64,000 nt of DNA from Deltaproteobacteria bacterium (lineage in GTDB: Bacteria; Desulfobacterota; Deferrimicrobia; Deferrimicrobiales; Deferrimicrobiaceae), in assembly GCA_016218975.1 (NCBI GenBank), contig JACRCO010000071.1, forward strand, positions 7,723-71,722, in the 5' to 3' direction. The first letter of the stretch is position 1. Each line of letters opens with the position of its first letter. This document shows positions 59,750 to 64,000 of the stretch, piece after piece. The notes under the pieces are model-generated. The model was not told the origin of the DNA, did not search any database, and saw nothing but the letters and a program-made list of their open reading frames with translations. The position numbers and the translations under genes were made by a program.

Positions 59750-60279
59750 GCGGAGAAGGCAGGATGGTCGTCATCGGACTTTTCGACAGCGTCGAGGGAG
59801 CCGCGGCCGGGGCCCGTTCGCTGCTCGCGTTGCCTCTTCCTGCGGACCGCGTTACGACCATCTCGTCTGTGGCGCTGCCCGACGGCGCCGTCGTACATGA
59901 CCCCCGCCCCATCCGGTTCCCATGGATCGTGGTGCTCTTCTGGTTCGTCGGAGCCGTCTTCGGCGCGGGGCTCACACTTTACTCGTACCTTGTATATCCC
60001 ATGATAACGGCCGGGAAGCCGATCGCCACGGTCCCGCCGACGATCATCGTCACTTACGAAATGGCCATGCTCGGGGCGCTTCTTTCCACGCTCGTGGCGG
60101 CATTCGTGTCGATCGGGCTGGCGAGGATCCGCAGGAAGAAGGTGTACGATCCGCGTATCCACGACGGCAGGATCGCCGTGTGCGCCGCCGTCGAACCGGG
60201 CGACCAGGCCCGGCGGGCAGCCGATGCGCTGATGGAGCGCGGCGGCACTTCGATCCGGACAGAGGAAGGGGAACTGTGA
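59746..60279 (+). CDS. actD: ACIII subunit D (DUF3341-like)
   Basis: Two TMs with AGKP...PTIIVTYEMAML and YDPRI motifs; ATGA overlap with actC. Confidence 0.82.
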   Translation: MSGEGRMVVIGLFDSVEGAAAGARSLLALPLPADRVTTISSVALPDGAVVHDPRPIRFPWIVVLFWFVGAVFGAGLTLYSYLVYPMITAGKPIATVPPTIIVTYEMAMLGALLSTLVAAFVSIGLARIRRKKVYDPRIHDGRIAVCAAVEPGDQARRAADALMERGGTSIRTEEGEL

Positions 60280-60791
60280 TGTCCGACCGAACACCCTCGC
60301 TGTACGCCCTCCTTCGGATCGCGCTCCTTTTAGTTTTTGCGATTGCAGCGGTTCTCCTTTTCGGATGCGAGAAGATCGACCGGAACATGTGGGACAACCC
60401 CGCCTTCAAGCCGCAGGAAGATCCGGTACGACTTCCGCCGAAAGACTCCATCCCGACGAAGGGAAGGGAGCAGATCCCGTCGATGGCGGAAGCGAGGGAA
60501 CTGAAGAACCCGGTCGAACCGACCGAATGGGCGCTTCTCCAGGGGAAGGAGCTGTTCGGGATCCACTGCGTTCCCTGCCACGGAATCTCGGGAGCCGGTG
60601 ACGGCCCCGTGGGGAAGAAATACGTCCCCACTCCCGCCGACCTTCGTCCCGGTTCCCGCGGCGCCCGCCATTCCGACGGCGAACTCTTCGCCGTCATATC
60701 CTCCGGGTACGGAGGGATGCCAGCCTACCGGGCGGACCTGTCTCCATCCGAGCGGTGGCACATCGTCGCCTACTTGCGCACTTTGAAGTAG
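60279..60791 (+). CDS. actE: Monoheme cytochrome c lipoprotein (ActE-like)
   Basis: Lipobox LLFGC; MWDNP..KPQE, CVPCHG, GMP and RWHIVAYLR motifs. Confidence 0.85.
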   Translation: MSDRTPSLYALLRIALLLVFAIAAVLLFGCEKIDRNMWDNPAFKPQEDPVRLPPKDSIPTKGREQIPSMAEARELKNPVEPTEWALLQGKELFGIHCVPCHGISGAGDGPVGKKYVPTPADLRPGSRGARHSDGELFAVISSGYGGMPAYRADLSPSERWHIVAYLRTLK

Positions 60792-60892
60792 CCCGCATTT
60801 CCCGCCGGGCGTTGCGTGATAAAATTCGAATATAGGAACCCGGCGAATCGCCAGGAGCGGCTTTCTCATCAATTTCCCGTGAGGTGATTACG

Positions 60893-61624
60893 ATGTGCAG
60901 GATGATCGCTTTCGCTTCCTCCGATCCGGTGGACGTGTCGCCATTCCTCGGAAAACTGTCGGATTTGGCGCGGTGCGGCAACCTCGTCGAGGGCTGGGAG
61001 AAGAGGCCGGGGGGAAACCATCCGAACGGTTGGGGGATCGCCTTCCGCAACAGCGGCGGGATCGACGTCCGGCGCAGCGGGAATTCGGCGTGGGGCGACC
61101 CGGCGTTTGAGGAAGTCCGCGCGCGGTCCGACCGTTTCATAGGCCACGTAAGGTACGCTTCCAACACAGCAACGGTGAACGCGGCCAACTCCCATCCCTT
61201 CTTCGCCGACGGAGTGGCTTTGGCGCACAACGGGACGTTCTACGGAACGCTCGGCGATGAAGCGGACCGCAGGAACGTAAGCGATACGTTGATATTTCTG
61301 GAACGGCTTTGCGCGCTCTGGAAGGATCGGACGTTCCCTAAACTGAAAGAGACGATCGAAAAGATGCTCAACGACCCCGCACTCGTCGGCGATTATTCCG
61401 CTGCCAACCTGTTTATCGCAACGGGAGGATCTCTGTTCGCCCTGCGTCGCTACCGGAGGAACGAGGACTACTACACGCTTTATGTGCGTACCTCGCCCGG
61501 AAGCGTCGTAGCCGCAAGCCAGCCGCTCGACGATGGACAGGACTGGCGTCTATTGGGAAACGGGGAACTGGTGGACATGGGCGGACTGCCCTCCGGTTCC
61601 GTCTCCCTTGACGTGATTTCCTGA
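60893..61624 (+). CDS. Class II glutamine amidotransferase (YafJ/EgtC-like)
   Basis: N-terminal MCRM, HPNGWG, GHVRYAS, NSHPF and AHNG motifs. Confidence 0.88.
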   Translation: MCRMIAFASSDPVDVSPFLGKLSDLARCGNLVEGWEKRPGGNHPNGWGIAFRNSGGIDVRRSGNSAWGDPAFEEVRARSDRFIGHVRYASNTATVNAANSHPFFADGVALAHNGTFYGTLGDEADRRNVSDTLIFLERLCALWKDRTFPKLKETIEKMLNDPALVGDYSAANLFIATGGSLFALRRYRRNEDYYTLYVRTSPGSVVAASQPLDDGQDWRLLGNGELVDMGGLPSGSVSLDVIS

Positions 61625-61631
61625 GGCTTCG

Positions 61632-62681
61632 ATGCAGGAACTTCTCGACCTGCGCTCGGATACCGTAACTCTCCCGACGCCCGGGATGCGGAAGGCGATG
61701 GCGCGCGCGAAGGTCGGTGACTCCCGGCGCGGGGAGGACCCGACCGTCCGCGAGCTTGAGGAGATCTCCGCGTCGCTCTTCGGAAAGGAAGCGGCCATAT
61801 TCGTCCCGTCGGGAACGATGGGGAACCTTTGCGCCGTCGCCACATGGACCCGACCGGGAGACGTGATCGTGGCATCCTCCGCGTCGCACATCGCCGGGCG
61901 CGAGGGTCCCGCCGTTTCACACATGGCTTCCGTCGCCATACTCGGGATCGATGCGCCGGGCGGGATATTCACCGCGCAGGAGGTGGACGCCGCTATCGCC
62001 GCGACGCCCGCGCGGGCAGAGTCGAAGGTACGAATGGTGACGGTGGAAAACACCCACAACGCAGGTGGCGGAACGGTGTATCCCCTGGCGGAATTCAAGC
62101 GGATCCGCTCCCTGTGCGCGAAACATTCCCTGCCCCTGCACGTCGACGGCTCCCGCATCTTCAACGCCACGGTGGCGACGGGCATCTCTCCGGCATCCTA
62201 CGGCAAGGCCGCGAGTTCCATCATGTTCTGCCTCTCCAAGGGGTTAGGGGCGCCGGTCGGATCGGTGCTGGCGGGACCGCGGGATTTTCTCGAGGAGGCG
62301 CGCAAGACCAGCCTGCGCGTTGGAGGCGGGATGCGGCAGGCGGGAATCGTGGCGGCCGGCGGGATATATGCCTTGCGCCACCACATCGACCGGCTCGCGG
62401 AAGACCACGAAAACGCTCGCACCCTGGCGAAGGGGCTCGAAGATATCCCCGGCGTCGAGGTCATAAACGCGCCGGTTCCCACCAATATCGTGCTGTTCCG
62501 CTGGCGGACCCCTTCGGACGGACGGCCTAACTTCCGGGAGGCTATAGCCCCGACCGGAGTACTCGTGGACGACCGTATGTTCCCGCTGTTCCGGGCGGTC
62601 ACCCACCTCGGTATAGGCAAGAAGGAGATCGCCCGCGTCCTGCGGGCGTTCCGGGAAGTCTTCGGCAAACCTAAAATCTAG
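61632..62681 (+). CDS. ltaE: Low-specificity L-threonine aldolase
   Basis: DLRSDTVT, SGTMGN, ENTHN, HVDGSRIFNA, CLSKGLGAPVGS and GGGMRQAG motifs. Confidence 0.92.
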   Translation: MQELLDLRSDTVTLPTPGMRKAMARAKVGDSRRGEDPTVRELEEISASLFGKEAAIFVPSGTMGNLCAVATWTRPGDVIVASSASHIAGREGPAVSHMASVAILGIDAPGGIFTAQEVDAAIAATPARAESKVRMVTVENTHNAGGGTVYPLAEFKRIRSLCAKHSLPLHVDGSRIFNATVATGISPASYGKAASSIMFCLSKGLGAPVGSVLAGPRDFLEEARKTSLRVGGGMRQAGIVAAGGIYALRHHIDRLAEDHENARTLAKGLEDIPGVEVINAPVPTNIVLFRWRTPSDGRPNFREAIAPTGVLVDDRMFPLFRAVTHLGIGKKEIARVLRAFREVFGKPKI

Positions 62682-62728
62682 TCCGCATTTCTCACCACGC
62701 TTCTGCTGCGGCGGCGGATACGGGCTAG
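62678..62728. repeat. REP-like palindrome between convergent genes; related copies at 15136-15158 and 25291-25334
   Basis: CTAGTCCGCAT...ATACGGGCTAG inverted ends; shared core CCGCATTTCTCAYCAYGSTTC. Confidence 0.6.
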
Positions 62729-63006
62729 TGATATTTCCCGGGGGGCGGGGAGTGCTTCGCGATGTCTTCCGCGACCTCGCCGACCGTCTGCTTCATGAAA
62801 CGGTCCGCTTTTTTCTTCGGGCTTTCTCCCGAGGACGCCATCTTGGAAGGCCAGTTGGATCCCTTGAGCACGAATCCGCCGCCCCCAGCGATCAGCCGCT
62901 CCACCTTACCCCCGCACGTCGGGCACTTCTTGAGCGGAGGATCCGACATCTTCTGGACTTTCTCGAACTCTCCGCATTCCTTGCATTTGTATTCGTATGT
63001 CGGCAC
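62725..63006 (-). CDS. FmdB-family zinc ribbon protein
   Basis: MPTYEYKCKECG...CPTCGG...FVLKGSNW; GTG start with GGAGG RBS. Confidence 0.88.
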   Translation of the reverse strand: MPTYEYKCKECGEFEKVQKMSDPPLKKCPTCGGKVERLIAGGGGFVLKGSNWPSKMASSGESPKKKADRFMKQTVGEVAEDIAKHSPPPGKYH

Positions 63007-63079
63007 GCCGCTCCTCCGGTGTCTATATATCGGTGTGGAATTATCTCATATTATAGGCGGATAGAGGAGGCGTTACCCC

Positions 63080-64000
63080 TTGTCCCTTTTCCTGATCGCT
63101 TTCTTCCTGATTTACGGCGGAACCCACGCGTATGCGCTCCATAAGGCTCATGCGGCGCTCGGCTTCGGGTGGAGGACCACGCTAGCTGCGATCCCGCCGC
63201 TCGCCGCGCTTGCCGGCGGCCCCCTGGTCGTATATGCCTTCGGGGTGCGCGGAATGGAAGGCGCCTCCAGGGCCGCTTCATGGATCGCCTACGTCTGGAT
63301 GGGGCTTCTATTCTTCTTCACCTGGACGAACCTGGCCCTTGACGCGGCGAACCTCGTGGCGCGCATCCTGACCGCGTTATCGGGAAAGGGAGCCCGGCCG
63401 CTCGTGACGTACGGAAAACCCGCGTTCCTGGCGTTGGCGGGACTGTCCATCGCCCTTGCCGCCTATTCCTTCGTCGAGGCTTCCCATATCCGCTTGAAGC
63501 ATTTCCGGGTCGCCACGGACAAATTGCCCGCGGGAACGGCGCGCATCCGGGTAGCGCAGATATCCGACATCCACCTGGGGCTGATGGTACGGCACCGGAA
63601 AGCCGCCGACGTCGCGGACGCGGTCCGGCGGTCCGCACCGGACATCCTCGTTTCGACGGGCGACCTCGTCGACGGCCGGATCAACCATCTCGACGGGCTT
63701 TCGGAAATCTTCAGGGAAATTCCCGCGCCGCTGGGCAAGTACGCCGTGACCGGAAACCACGAGTTCTTCGCGGGAGCCGGGGCGGCGCTCGACTTCACCC
63801 GGCGGGCCGGGTTCACCGTCCTGCGGGGGGAAGCGGTGACGGTCGGGAATGTCCTTCGGATCGCGGGGGTGGACGACACGGTGGGCAGCCGGTTCGGCCA
63901 GGCTCATGGGCGCACGGAGGAGGAGATTCTCGGTAACGCGACCTCTCCGCTTTTCACGATCCTGCTCAAGCATCGGCCGACCCTGACGCCCGCGGCGCGC
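63080..64000 (+). CDS. Membrane-anchored metallophosphoesterase (YkuE-like), truncated by the window end
   Basis: Not in the ORF track. TTG start after GAGGAGG, N-terminal TMs, then QISDIHLG, TGDLVDG, TGNHE and LLKHRP motifs. Confidence 0.88.
   Translation, partial: MSLFLIAFFLIYGGTHAYALHKAHAALGFGWRTTLAAIPPLAALAGGPLVVYAFGVRGMEGASRAASWIAYVWMGLLFFFTWTNLALDAANLVARILTALSGKGARPLVTYGKPAFLALAGLSIALAAYSFVEASHIRLKHFRVATDKLPAGTARIRVAQISDIHLGLMVRHRKAADVADAVRRSAPDILVSTGDLVDGRINHLDGLSEIFREIPAPLGKYAVTGNHEFFAGAGAALDFTRRAGFTVLRGEAVTVGNVLRIAGVDDTVGSRFGQAHGRTEEEILGNATSPLFTILLKHRPTLTPAAR

Overview
GC-rich bacterial chromosome segment, with gene content suggestive of a Deltaproteobacteria-like organism (inference). 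The first ~12.7 kb look like an AT-richer accessory island. It holds three divergent envelope proteins (PEGA, TPR, multi-TM) and a tightly packed operon: Ser/Thr kinase, HPD-less J-domain-like membrane protein, GrpE-like protein, atypical Hsp70, and TPR/TM/OmpA(MotB)-like protein. Convergent with it is a translationally coupled trio: ECF sigma, zinc anti-sigma, and a transglutaminase-like/Clp-N fusion. This island is the best candidate for an undescribed system. The rest is mostly housekeeping and metabolic: priA, a trehalose/glucan cluster (treT, DUF5752, treZ, GH57, treY), tRNA-Ala(CGC), PLD-DedA plus EEP, an XRE-KamA-two ATP-grasp-GNAT operon of unknown product, a hybrid histidine kinase, addAB, a P1B ATPase, an MFS transporter, fumC, beta-carbonic anhydrase, an FNR-box-preceded norCB cluster, a 99-bp tandem repeat with inverted repeats, an alternative complex III-like operon, a class II amidotransferase, ltaE, an FmdB protein and a partial metallophosphoesterase. 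All family calls come from motif reading without database searches, and start codons were chosen by eye.
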